64,000 nucleotides of DNA from Trichosphaerium sp. ATCC 40318. Lineage: Eukaryota > Protista > Tubulinea. Location of the stretch: NCBI GenBank assembly GCA_038496445.1, contig JALMLS010000056.1, positions 186,001-250,000 of the forward strand. The letters run 5' to 3'. This document shows positions 11,296 to 23,927 of the stretch, in pieces (position 1 is the first letter of the stretch; each line of letters opens with the position of its first letter). Below the pieces are notes generated by a model. That model had not been told where the DNA came from and made no database searches. It saw only the letters and a program-made list of their open reading frames with translations. A program made the position numbers and the translations under genes.

Positions 11296-14200
11296 ATGGA
11301 CATTAAATTGCAACCAAGCAATGAAGCGTCGTTCCTGAGCAGGGCAGTAGAGAATTATCCGGCACTTCCACTGGGTAAAGCAATACTGGTACTGCTTGAG
11401 GCCAGCGATAAGGAATTTCACAAAGCTTCGAGTTTAACTGTTTTAACCGATGGTGCGTTTGTGGTGGTTGCCTATATTAATTCTACGCCTAAGAGCCTAT
11501 TTGCCATGCGTTACGATCTGTTGAAGCCCAAATAGCAAAGAACTCTCAAAAATCGCTATCAGCCATCACAAACTCATTTTGCGAACGCGTATGTGTTATT
11601 TTAACGCTACATTGTACTTACAAAGTGTCAGATTGTAAAACATAAGGACAAAACAAAGAGAAACAGCGTTCATCGCGTGTTTTTTCATCTATTTGAACGT
11701 CACACCGAACCTTTACTACAACAGTTGAATAGAGTACTCAGAAAACAGGACAAAAAGGCAAAGTTGGGTGCTTGTTTGGCTATACGCGCTCTAGCAGATC
11801 GCTGTATGAAAGCAAGCATGGCAGCAGCGCAGATTGCTCAGGAGCATACACATCCTGGAATCACTGAGATGCGTGAAGATACACCACAGGGTACCACTTT
11901 GCTTAGGTTGCACAAAGCATACTTACTGTGGCGTTGTAGAAGATGCACCGCTAGTATCTAGTGAGTTTGTTGGTAAATTACTGGCATTTACAGCTTGTCT
12001 TGTACCTCTCATTAGTATTGTGCAATCAGGTATGTAGTGCACGTGTTTGGCTTTTGTTTAACGTTTGAAGACGGTGTACTTTCGAGCGGCGGAAAACGTC
12101 AACCAACAAGACTGACTATAGCTGGTTCTGATGCATTTGTATCAGTATCTTATGGTATAGCCATAGCCATGGCGCATGACACTGAAGTAAGTGCTTTAAT
12201 CTCACCTGTCTTATATCTATAGGGTGAGGACGAGGTTGAGGATAGTAAAGACCAATCTAAAGAAGTTAAACAAAAGCCACTTATTGCTGTCATTGGCGAA
12301 GTAGAAGTTGTTCACAACGACCCCAAACGTCTCGTTGATTTTGTAACACACTTGAGAACTCTTATCACAGTAATGATAGAGGTATGTGTACCCTTTAAAC
12401 AAATTTTTAACGTAATATTAGTGGTACAAAGAACACAGGCCTCTATTTGTGGTTGGATTATTGGAAATAGAAACATTACTTAAAATCATTATTGATATGC
12501 ATGCAATTCAGAAATTGTCACGTGAGTGCCGAGTAACTGTTTTTTTTATTCCTTTCTTATTGGTGATTATATAGTTACTATCAAGCGGATATTCTATGCA
12601 AATTGGATACAATACTCGTTGTACTTGTTAGAAGATAATAAAAAAGTGTCTCGGAATATTCGCCAAGAGGTTCAACAAGTAGTACATAACATACAAGTAC
12701 GTACGATCTTTCACACATTTTTTTGTTTAATACTCAATCACAAGGAACCTAGTCCCGATGCGGACTCGTCATATTCTTCAACTGAAGAGCTAATTACTCT
12801 TTGTCTTTTATTGGGTCGCCTCAAATCCAAAAAGCGTGCTGATGTAATTGCAAATATTGAAGGAAATCTGTACAATAAGCTCATGGGCCAAGTACGCCAC
12901 ACTTGAGTACTCATATCTTTCTTATATAAGTTAGCTCATGACAAAAGAAGAACGTTTAGGGCGTTTGGCTCTAGCACTGATGCAAAAAGCATTATTTGAA
13001 TGTGGTATGTACATGTCTTTAAATTAAACTAGTTGATGTTAGCATTAGGCTATGGAGACAAACTCCTAGATATGAAAGACCAACTATTAACTATGTTGGA
13101 TCAACGAGACCAAGCGTCAAAAGCAACAGTAGCTTTCTTAGCTCAGTTTGCTTTAATGTATGACATATGATAGTTAATTTGTTATCTAAGATTTATAAGG
13201 CACCCAGATGACATTTTATCAGATATATTTAGCAAACTAGATAGTAAAACACTACAACATCGCTTGAATGCCTTGGATGTTATCAGTGATGTATTTAGGT
13301 TGAATAGAGAAGCGATTTCTCCCGACTCAAATTTAAGGTAATTGAATTGACCTTATATATTTTGTAACCTCTAGAGTAGCTACAGACTTGCCAGGGAGCT
13401 TCTAAAGCGATTACATGATGATCAAATTATGATACGAAAACAAACAGCTGAGATTTTCTGTAATCTGTGTGCGATACAAAGAACTTACGCCTCTTCTACT
13501 TTCTGACTATACTAGCACCTAGTTTTATTATCACACATCTGGTAAAAAAGATATACCACCAAGATGCTCGTGTGAGATCAGCAGCAGACTCGTCTATTGT
13601 CTCATTGTTGTCCAATCACAAGGATATTCCTGCTACATTTGGAGCATTACTGGATTGCGTACGCTTCGACAATGTGGACAAAGATAAAGTGCCACAGTCA
13701 CCAGCAGATATGGTCAATGAGAAGCCATTAGGTAAGAATTTATTATGACTCCACAGGACAAAACCGAAGAGGCTTGTGATGACCATTAGTTTTATGAACC
13801 TGACATGTCTAAGCACATGTTTGTGTAGCTTGTCAGAGGAATTTTGTGTTGCAGTGTGTAGTCCTTACTCATCTGAATGCCAAATCTTTTTTATTTGTTT
13901 ATGTTTATACCTTGGTGATGCTATCTTATGTACAACATAGGAGAGAATCTAGAACGCCGTAAGGAGTATGGAGAACGCATTCTTCGATTGATACCAAAAT
14001 GGGCTGAAAACGTACGTTGTAATTACCACGAGATACTTTGATTAATCAAATTTGAGTTAGATCGCTACTGGATTATGGTCTCAAATTGCTAAGGAAACAA
14101 TTGCACGAGTTCTGTCATCTCCATCAGACTTATTCTTGATACAAATATGCAGTAAACTATCCCCTTGGTTTTCTAAGACATTTGAGCCTTTAATTCATAT

Positions 14201-15914
14201 CCTCCTCAAGAGATTGAATTCTCAAGAAAGGTAACTATAAACTGAGCAAAACTATGTTTTCGCTAACACGTGTGAAAAGAATGACAAGCGCAAAAACTCC
14301 CAAGACTGATTTTTTGGCACAGCAAATGCTCTTTGACAGGCTTTCACCTTTACTCATTCTGAAGACTATTTCTTCAAGTGCTTGGGACATAGTAAATGCA
14401 ACTGAGAGTCATAAAGGGAACCTCAAAGAGCTGTTCAGTATTTTGTTTCGAAAGTACGTTGAGATTGATGCACCTGTGAAGGCTTATTTCTTTTGCAAGG
14501 ATTGGGAACCCCGACGAGTTCGAAAATGTTCGAAAGGTTTGTGCTGAGGTTGTATCGAAATATGATCCTTCATTGGTGATGCCAAGAGCAATCGAAATAC
14601 TAGAGACCTCAATAAAATCTAAGGATACAACAAATGGGAAACTTGCTGTTTTTATAATATGTAATTGTGCTATGCTTAGAGGCAAGCATATTCACAAGAC
14701 AGTTGATGTATCTCACTTGCTTTCGTGTCTCAAAGGTACACCACAATACCATGCGCTTTGTACTAATAAACACGTGTAGAAGTATTGTCAACAACAGAGC
14801 CAGGTAGTTTCTACGCATAGATGAGGTATTTATGTATGTTTAGGTAACGTAGAATTGCAGAAGTTTCAGAGGGGTTGCATCGATTGCATTGCTTTGCTTA
14901 TTAAAGATTCTTGTACACCAAAACCAACTGTTGCAGTTAAGAAGGATAAAATTGCCTGTGGGGCTAAAGAGAATGAGACCAATTCAACCAACGACAGCAT
15001 TACTACAAAGTCAACAAATCTACTAGAAGTGCAATCCAAGGGAAGCCCTCTTCTCATTCAGCCACTTGATCCCCAAGACGAGAAAGAAGTTATTAGTGTG
15101 GAAGCTCCTAAACCAAAGATTCAGATTATAAGTACTGGTGAGACGCATAATTTCTCGCGTACAACTTCCTCATTAATATTAGATGAAACGCCCAAACACA
15201 AACCTAGAATTCAAGTTTTGGACGAAAATACTGATTCTGGAGACCCTGGTGATATGAATGAACGCAAAACAATCCTTCAAGATGTCTTGGAAGTGATTAT
15301 CAAAACTAAAGATAAAGACGTTCAAATAGGAGTGTGCATGGTGAGGTTTTTTTTATTGTTCAACAACTTGTGTATTAATTGTGCATAGGTAAACGTTTTG
15401 ATTGCATTGACAAAGATGTTAAATGGCGATGGAATAGCTTTTCTAGCTAGAAACACATTCTATGTCCTGGCTGATAACTTTACAAAGACAAACTTTGTTC
15501 TACAATCAGCTTATCTTCAGGTACCACTATTCGTTCATCGCGTGCTTGCACTTTTGTTGTTGTATTAACATGGCCACTAGTATTTTGTCAATTTGGCCTA
15601 TCATCTGAAATCACAGATGTCTCAGTACGGTAGAGATTTGCATGGGTTATGTATGTTGTCATTGAAGAGTACTTTCTCTGAGGTAAGGGCAGGATAAAAC
15701 AGTGTTATAACTAAGTATTCCATAGGTTCGCTTTGCTGGTCTTAAGGTGCTTATGACGCTAATGTCAACGATACCTGAAGATGTATTTGTTGATGATGCC
15801 AGTGTTTATTCCACTCGTGCAGCTGTTGAGAGTATAGCTAATATGGATGATTCAAAACAAGCTAGAGACTTAGCGGAACAGATCATATCCATTGCATTTT
15901 CGAAAATAGAATAA
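11296..15914 (+). CDS. Large HEAT/ARM-repeat protein
   Basis: More than 20 exons of helical repeats (e.g. HRLNALDVISDVF, LLKRLHDDQIMIRKQTAEIF, QDARVRSAADSSIVSLL, LFDRLSPLLILK, EVRFAGLKVL). No catalytic motif recognised. Confidence 0.75.
13771..13881 (+). ncRNA. Candidate intronic box C/D snoRNA
   Basis: Lies in an unusually long (~200 nt) intron of the HEAT gene. Box C GTGATGA at 13776-82, internal CTGA at 13800-03, box D CTGA at 13873-76, terminal GGC/GCC stem. Confidence 0.6.
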
Positions 15915-16277
15915 ATTGGCTTTTCACTAGTATTGTCACTTTATTTTAGTGACTAGTATTGCGTAAAATATAATAAAGGTCCTCTAAGTGTGAGTATGAG
16001 AAGCTGGTTGTATTGGTTATGATTTTATAGTCAACATAGCTTGCTTAATGTATCGAAAAGGTTTGCCATAGTGGACTTGTCAAAAAAAAGAACAAGGTTT
16101 TATGTCAACAATAGTCGTTACTACAGAGTCTTTCTTAAACGCGACTTCAAGCGTAAAGAAGTAATTACGTATTAAAACCGAATATAAAACGGTTGGATTG
16201 TGGAAAAAAGGCACGTGATAATGACTAAAACAGTTTTGGTTAAATTCTAATGTTGATGACAGGTTTGCTCAAACAAT

Positions 16278-16832
16278 ATGGGCGCCAGTTTAATAAATCT
16301 TCCATCAGAAATACAGCTCTATATAATTGATTTAGACTATGAAGTGTATTTACAGTGGCCTCTGTTATCAAAGTACACAGCAACGAACACAAGGTTCGAT
16401 ATAAACATGAAGAAACATGGGAAATGGGTGAAGTACATTAACACCCCGTTTTTTTCAAAACCACAAATATCAAAGCAACAATACTGGATGTACGGTAAGC
16501 GTCATGGAGAGTGTAAGTCCTGGTACGATAATGGGCAGTTGGAGAAGCAATACTATTTTGTAAATGGTATACGAGAAGGGGATTACAAGGAGTGGCATGA
16601 AAACAGTCAAGAGGCATTGCGCTGCTATTATCTCAACGGTAAACGAGATGGAGATTATAAGACCTGGGACAACTATGGTAAAGTACGTGAGTATTGTAAG
16701 TATGAAGAAGATATGGTGCATGTAGAGTACAGAACATTAGGTATCTGTTTAGTACTGAAGGAGTTCGTAAGTCCAAAAACATTTGCAAAATACACCAAAA
16801 ATCTTTCAGAATTTAATCTAACCCTGGTTTAG
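16278..16832 (+). CDS. F-box-like + MORN-variant (YwqK-type) repeat protein
   Basis: LINLPSEIQLYII F-box-like start; 24-aa repeats (GKRHGECKSWYDNGQLEKQYYFVNGIREGDYKEWHEN). A possible terminal intron 16767-16832 (GTAAGT..CTAAC..TTTAG) would change the C-terminus. Confidence 0.75.
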   Translation: MGASLINLPSEIQLYIIDLDYEVYLQWPLLSKYTATNTRFDINMKKHGKWVKYINTPFFSKPQISKQQYWMYGKRHGECKSWYDNGQLEKQYYFVNGIREGDYKEWHENSQEALRCYYLNGKRDGDYKTWDNYGKVREYCKYEEDMVHVEYRTLGICLVLKEFVSPKTFAKYTKNLSEFNLTLV

Positions 16833-17416
16833 TGTTGTATGTAGACGGTATCAAATCTGATTACCTGAGAAACTTTGGCTGAGTGGACATACTAAAAAAA
16901 GTGCACTTTGCATCGAATGATTACAAATAAAAAAAAACAAGACATTGTTGTTTCATTTTTTTTGTAAATTTGTTGTACAGCGCTTTGTTATCCTTACACT
17001 CTAGGAATTTGCAAACAAAAGGTAGGTTCTGACTGCTAACAATTTTTGTGTTACTGCAATAGACTCTTCAAGGTTTAGAACAGAATGCCAACCACTTGGA
17101 ATAAAAACAATATCACCTCAAACAGGACTTAAGCCAAAGTGAGAAAGAAGTGCAAACGTGTTTGTATTCAGTACTTACTAAGGAAAACAATATGACGCCC
17201 TTGTACCTTTCTTTTTAGTATCACTCGAAACTATTTAGTTTCGTTGTTGGTCCAGCCATCAGCTAGAGTAACAAAACATATTTTTTATACCTAGTACTTT
17301 GCTATGCGGCTACACTCACCACCATAATACCCTTTCTTAAGTCTGGTCTTTGTTTTTCACGCAACAATTGTTTGAACTGTTTTTCAGTTGAAGTGACGCT
17401 TGTTCAACAAAATAAA

Positions 17417-18563
17417 ATGGCAGAACAAGGAAAGGTCGCTAGTGTATGTAATTACTATGACTCAACGAGTGTAGAGAATGTCAGGAAAGGTTTGCCTTGT
17501 TACAGGTACCTCAGGAGCGATTGGACGCGAGATAGTAAATACCCTGGCTTGTGCTGGAGCTATTGTGGCACATTGTGACGTTAACGAAAAAGAAGGCCAA
17601 GAAACGGTTAACTATGTGCAAAAAAATGGATACGAGACTCATTTTTCGCTAGTAGACGTGTCAAAAGTATGTTAGAAATGATTTTCGAAAAACAATATTC
17701 TAACCAAAAGTTTCATTAACAATTTGAAGGAAACAGCAGTAAAAGAGTGGATAAACGAAAGTGCCAAAAAATTTGGAAAAATTGACGTGTAAGTCACTTC
17801 AAACGATTTAAAAATAATCTTTGTTTGAAGCCTTATAAACAACGCAGCGCGTTTTATATTTGGTACAATTGAAGAGGTCAGTGAAGACGATTGGGATAAA
17901 ATATTCGCAGGTTTGTTAAAAAAAATGGGAAGTGTAAGTATTTTTTTCTTACTTTTGTTCTACAGTCAATGTCAAAGGTTATGCCTTTTGCGCCAAGCAC
18001 GTTGTCCCACACTTGAAACAAACTAGCAATGGATGTATCGTTAATATTGCCTCTATAAGCTCTTTTATTGCTCAACCAGCGTTCGTACCGTACAATACAA
18101 TGAAAGGTGCAGTCATGCAAATGACGAGGTGTTTAGCAATGGTACACAAAGAATTGGAAGTATTGAATTAGCATGCACGAATTTTCGTTTTTTTTTCTGT
18201 CACGTGATTTACTTTGACAGGATCTTGGCCCCTCTAACATACGCGTAAATGCGGTATGTCCAGGTACGTTATGTGGCTTATTGTTAACGCTAAATTGTTA
18301 AATTAGGTGCTATTGATACACCTGCAACAGTAAAGCATGCTAAAAAGTTGGGCGTGTCTCTTGAGGAGTTGAAAAAAGCAATCTGTGACGATCATTTCCT
18401 AAAGGTAACACAATACCCTCCACACGCATTTTCTGACCTGTGCTACCAGCGTTTAGGCACAACTAAGGACGTAGCGAACGCTGTCCTCTTTCTTGCTTCG
18501 GAAGAAAGCAGTTTTATAACAGGCACTTCTCTTGTCGTTGATGGAGGCTATTTGGCCCATTAG
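17417..18563 (+). CDS. Classical short-chain dehydrogenase/reductase (SDR)
   Basis: [25 protein letters not shown], catalytic [27 protein letters not shown]. Confidence 0.92.
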
Positions 18564-18797
18564 ATGCATCTATAACGCAAAAGCGGAAGATTAGCATCAA
18601 CCAAAACCGAAAATTGCGGAAAGTTTAATTAAGGTGAAATGTTATCGCGTTGTGGTGTAATTGCTTTTGTATGCTCAAACCAGAGCAAATAGAAGTTAAG
18701 AAAACTTAATTTTCACTGATTTGTTTGTTGATAAGCTACTCTTTGTTAAATTTCCGATTGCGCTTCACCAAGTGCATGAAGGTAGATTGCTAGCTCT

Positions 18798-21700
18798 ATG
18801 GAGCCTAATTCTAGCAATCGTCGAAAGAAGAAACAGCGTAAACGGACTATACCTAATGAAAGTGGTGAAGAATTATCGCAAAGGCGTAGGCGGGAGGCCA
18901 TACAACGTATGAAGTTGATTGACGAAGATTTGAAATCGAAAAGCTTAGTTCGCGTACAAATACCAAAGGATGGTGCTTGTTTGGTTCGTTATATTGATTA
19001 CATGCTATTTTTGTTGAAGCCGGACAAAAAACAGGCTAAACCTCAAAAAATAACCAGCAAAAACTTTGTCGACACTTGTATTTGCGTAACAATACCTAGT
19101 TTCGTTGTGTAGCAGCTCTTCTTTTTGGATCTCAGTCTTTCCACATAAAAGTGCGTAATGAATGCGTAGACTATCTAGAAAAGAACAAGGTGCGTAGCAT
19201 AACGTGTTAGAGGTATTATTTTACTAACTGTCAAACAGGATTATTACACCAATTTTGTGGAAGGAGAATGGCGTATGTTCGTTACAAAAATGCGCAAGGT
19301 AACAAAGAACCCAAATTAGAGACAATTTTTGCAGAAAACAAAAAAAAATCAGTTTTGGACTTCTTTTTTTAAGCCTCATTCCAATCAAAATTTGGTATCG
19401 CTTTTACCATTCGCTTACTTTTTTTCTCCTCAAGCCTGATGAATGGGGTGATCAAATAACTATTCATGCTATGTCTGAGATGTATAAGTACGTAATTTCT
19501 CTCTGGGAGACTGGTTAAACCGCCTCTTGGTATTTATTTTTTAATGTGCACGTGTGAAAAAAAAGGCGCAAAAAAGGCGCAAATGTTTCTTTTTCTTGCT
19601 TTGTTTTATGAGATAGTACCTACACTATATATATGTATTAAAACACATCATTTATGACATTCTTTCGTTGCTTTGAGGAGGATTTATGCAACAGGCTTTG
19701 AGAAAAAATTTGAACATTTCTGATGAGTTTTTTTTTTGTTTTGTACTAACTGCCTTTGTTTTAGGGTCAATTTTGTTATTTATCAATTTCCAGCAGAGAA
19801 GAATGTACGTGTTATTATTTTCTTTCAAATGCGCAGGTTTAATTTTTTTTTAATAGTTAATCCCTGAGTCAAGTCAATACAACAAAACGATACTATTGAA
19901 CTTTTCCAATGGTAATCACTATGACATTGTTTATGAGCGTGCTTATTTTAATGCCCTCACAATGTCTCAAGGTAAGCATTAGGATAAATATAAAAGAATA
20001 CTTACTTACAAATAGACGTACTCGTCAATGATATTTTCTCATCAGCAGTCGGCATTAAAAAGCAGAAAAAGCGTACGTCAATATTTTTGGAAAGAATTAT
20101 TGTTTTAAATTCTTACTTTTTTCAAAAAGGCAAAGGCGTCCATGTATACGAAAATATTGAGTATAAAGTATGGGAAGAGGAAGCGCATAAGGCAGCATTG
20201 CGTGTGGCATCTCTTGAGAAAGGTATGTTAGCTCTAGGCCGCTAAAAGAGGCGACAGACTTTTTGCTAAAAAAACATACAAAACTGTTGTTCTAATACAC
20301 TCTTTTAGCATCCTATGCGCATATTGCTAAGGGTAGTAAGAATAATAAAAAAGCGGGGTTAAAGACACATGATAAGAATGGTAACCCGCTTACAGCAGTA
20401 GAAGTCCAACAAGAGATTGAAAAAATGCTTAATCCTGTTCACATGGATGAACAATTTCCAAGTTTGCCTGGAATACAAGCACCAAGAAAGGTCTCACACA
20501 ACTTACAGCCCTTTGCCTGCTTGATACCAGAATCAGAAAGCGATGATGTGCTCTCTTTTGGACCTTCTCAAACGAATGAAACAAACAAGGGAAAAAGTAT
20601 ACGCATTGAAGACTCTTGCTCTTGGAAAGACGATTTAGATGACGATTCCGTCTTTTTTGGATTATTCCCTGGTAAACCAATCTCGGAAGTTGTTGTACAG
20701 CAGCAAGCATTACCAGTTGAGAAAAAACGCCAAGAGGCTGTACCTGAAAATAACAAAGGACCTACCAAGAGCGTACAAGGGCTGCCATGCGTAGCTGGTA
20801 AGGAAAAAACCCAAAACGGGTTTAACTTTGCACAAATTGATATTGACGACGATGATGAAATTCAATTTGGTTCATTCAACAGCCCTCCTAAGAAGACGAC
20901 ACCAAAGCCTCCTGTTGAAGAAGATGTAACACCGAAAGTAGAAAAAGAGCTTAACGAAGAGCCTGCACCAGTGCCTAATGTCGAAGTGAAGCAAGAATCT
21001 TCTATGGAAGTGGAAAAGGCCAATGATCCTGCTCCAAAGAAAGTTCATGGGAACAACGGAAAAAACGTGGCACCTCAACAACGTGTCAGAAATGGTTCTA
21101 ATCCAAACATGCGTATGCCTCCACAACAACAACATTACCGTAATGGTGGACACGTTAATGGCAATAACATGCCAGGTGCACCACCTGTGCACAGAAACAA
21201 CGAGGTACTCGTTATTTTGTAAACGCTTTTGATGTTTACACAAACCTAGGAAATGATGAAATATCAACAAAATCGGTACCCTTACCCTCAGCAACACCCT
21301 CAATACCATAATCAACAATACAATCGCCAACAATACTATCCGAATTATGGTGTACCTCATGGTGTACCTCAACAGCATCACCCAAATGCACCATACCAAC
21401 GTAGGCCCTCTCTTTCTTTTTTGTTTCTTATGACTGACATGAACTTTTTCTTTTTTAGAGTACTACCCACCTTATTATCCACAACAACAATTTTTTCATG
21501 GCGGATACCCTCAAAATATGCCAGATAATAAACAACCTCCAAGACAATATTCATACCCTCCAGAGCAGTACCAACAACGCGTACGAACAAGAGCTTTGAA
21601 ACGTCGTAAAATTATTGTTGACATTTTTTCTTTAGTACTATGGAGGTCCTTATGAGGGCCAACAACAATTCCATCCACCACCACCACAACAACAAGGTGG

Positions 21701-21843
21701 CTATGGTATGTTAAACGTTAGAACAGCTTTAGAACTAACTTATTGTTTTAGGCTACAGGCAATCCAGTCCTCACCCAAATAATGTAAAACATGCGCCAAA
21801 GGCAAATATAACAAGAGGAAATCGTAATAATACTAAACGCTGA
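18798..21843 (+). CDS. OTU-domain deubiquitinase (OTUD4/ALG13-like) with Q/N/P/Y-rich low-complexity C-terminus
   Basis: IPKDGACLFRCVA (Cys loop), EWGDQITIHAMSEMY, FSNGNHYDIVY (His loop); long prion-like tail. Confidence 0.85.
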
Positions 21844-22718
21844 AAAAAAAAACAGAAAAGAAAACAAGAAAAGTATCTCAGTATTCCTAATTGGTGGTTC
21901 GGTGACGTTGTGGAACACTCTAGAGCTCAGTGAGCTGATGTAAATAAAAAAGGCAAAAATGTCACCCTAAAGTGGTCTACAAAATTTTCTTTTTTTCACA
22001 ATGTGTAGAGATAGTAGAATGCTATTAGCTTATTTTAGAACAAATTTATCATTCCCACAATTTTTTTTTTTTGAACGAAGTCCAAATTAAAAACAGACCA
22101 GTTTTCTTTATTGGCGTAGTGCGGAGTCAGTTGTGGAAAGTCGTGTACAGACCGCTATAATGGAAGTCTTATAAGCAAAGAACAGCAGTAGAGCAAAGTG
22201 TCGTAAAAGTAGAGCCAGTAGAGCCGTAAAAAACGAATAAGCCGGAAGTGTGTGTCGAAGCAGAAAAGAGTTAGCGTAAAGCGTGTTCGGAAAAAGTGTT
22301 GTAGAACGAAGGAAAGGACCCGCAGAGGAATGTCAGGGGACCTAGAGTCTAGAAAATATGGTGACCAGAAAGAATGGAAGCTCCCGCACTACCGGTCTTG
22401 TCCTCACCGTGATATGGAACTTCGGGTTCGGAAGGGTCCGGGCACGAACTCCTAGTGGACTTCTTTTTGCCTTTTCTTCAAACAGTACTTCACTTCAGTT
22501 TTCAGTTTTTTTGACACGTGTTATTCTCCCAATGTGGATTCTTACATTGTTCCTATAAGCCCTAAGCTTTTGAGTACAGCGTCACAAAGCAAGTGATGCA
22601 TTAAGGCCCCTTAAGAGCCGCCAATAACCTTAACAGCGTGCACGAAACGTCAAGACTTTAAAATAGTTCAAACTCAACCTCAACCCAACAGCTTAAAGTA
22701 CGATTCGTATTTAAACAG

Positions 22719-23656
22719 ATGGAAGAGACCGTTATTAGCAGTATAACACCACCAACAAAGGTAAATGATTGTATACAAGTGAGATCTTGTGTTAACGCTT
22801 GAAATAGGTTGAGACTTTCAATGGTTGCTTCCTGTTACGCCTGCCACTGGAGTTACAACTTGAAATTATTGATTTAGACTTTGATGTCTACATAAAATGG
22901 CCAATACTATCATTATACACGGCAAGAACAACAAGATTTGATAGCAAATTGAGAAAACAGGGCAAATGGTTAAGGCGAAGGCAAAGCCCTAGAAAGAAAC
23001 TTACCATCGTGCGTCAGCAGTACTGGAACCATGGTAAACGCCATGGAGAGAATAAACGGTGGTACAGAAATGGTAAATTAGAAGCGCACACTTCGACTAT
23101 CAATTACAAAGCTGAAGGTGAGCACAAAAGATGGTATAAAAACGGGCAAATATCGTATCAAGTGACTTATGTCAATGATAAATATGATGGAGAGTACAAG
23201 GGATGGCACGAGAATGGGCTACAAAGAGTGCAAAGAAATTATGTTAATGGTATACAAGAAGGAAGCTTCATATCCTGGTACAGGGATGGTACAATACGCG
23301 AACAAAGTACTTACAAAAAAGGTTCTCGTGAAGGTGAGCACAAGCGGTGGTTTGAAAATGGTCAGATGTGGTACCAGCAGAATTATGTGGATGGTAAGTT
23401 TGAAGGTGAGCACAAAAGATGGCATAGAAACGGACAAATAATGTTACAACAGACTTATGTCAATGGTAAACTTCACGGAGAATATAAGAAGTGGCATCAA
23501 AGCGGACAACAAACAGAGCATAGTCATTATATTAATGGTAAAATGGAAGGAGACCATAAGGTATGGCATCGTTTTGGCGACTTGATATTGCACTGTTTTT
23601 ATGTCAATGGTAAAAGAACATCAATAATGTACATGCATGAAAGCATACAAGAATGA
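22719..23656 (+). CDS. F-box-like + MORN-variant repeat protein, paralog of the 16278 gene
   Basis: One intron (~22761-22807). LLRLPLELQLEIIDLDFDVYIKWPILSLYT matches the 16278 N-terminus; about 8 repeats of GxxEGEHKRWYxNGQ. Confidence 0.85.
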
Positions 23657-23927
23657 AAACAAGTTGTTTAGTTCAAGTAATACTACTATGGCCACAGAGA
23701 CCTGTCTTAGACAGGGCTTAAGAAGAACTATGGCTTGTATTACTGGCAGTCTTGGAGGCTTAGTTACAATAAAGAGCATTTGTTCAAAGTTCTGTAGTTT
23801 GAGGACATTTCTTGCGAAAGCGAAGAAAACCGTTGCGTAATGCATAAATTCATTCCTCAAATATCAAGTAACTGAAAATAAGAACCGTAGTGGAAAAATA
23901 GAGATAAAGTTTATTTTATTTACATTC

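Noticed and set aside
10891-11421. 176-aa minus ORF apparently overlapping the HEAT gene start
   Set aside because: The likely start is the ATG at 11166. The upstream part is antisense to the HEAT exon and promoter, so there is no true overlap.
19646-19726. Possible C/D snoRNA in a long OTU intron (CATCA...CTGATG)
   Set aside because: The box C candidate (TTTATGA) has two mismatches and no guide is recognisable; too weak to call.
22135-22450. GGAAAGTC resembling RNase P/MRP CR-I
   Set aside because: No properly complementary CR-V/P4 partner was found; kept only as an unidentified island.
22556-22567. TAAGCCCTAAGC as a possible telomerase template
   Set aside because: Short, a non-standard repeat unit, and no supporting context.
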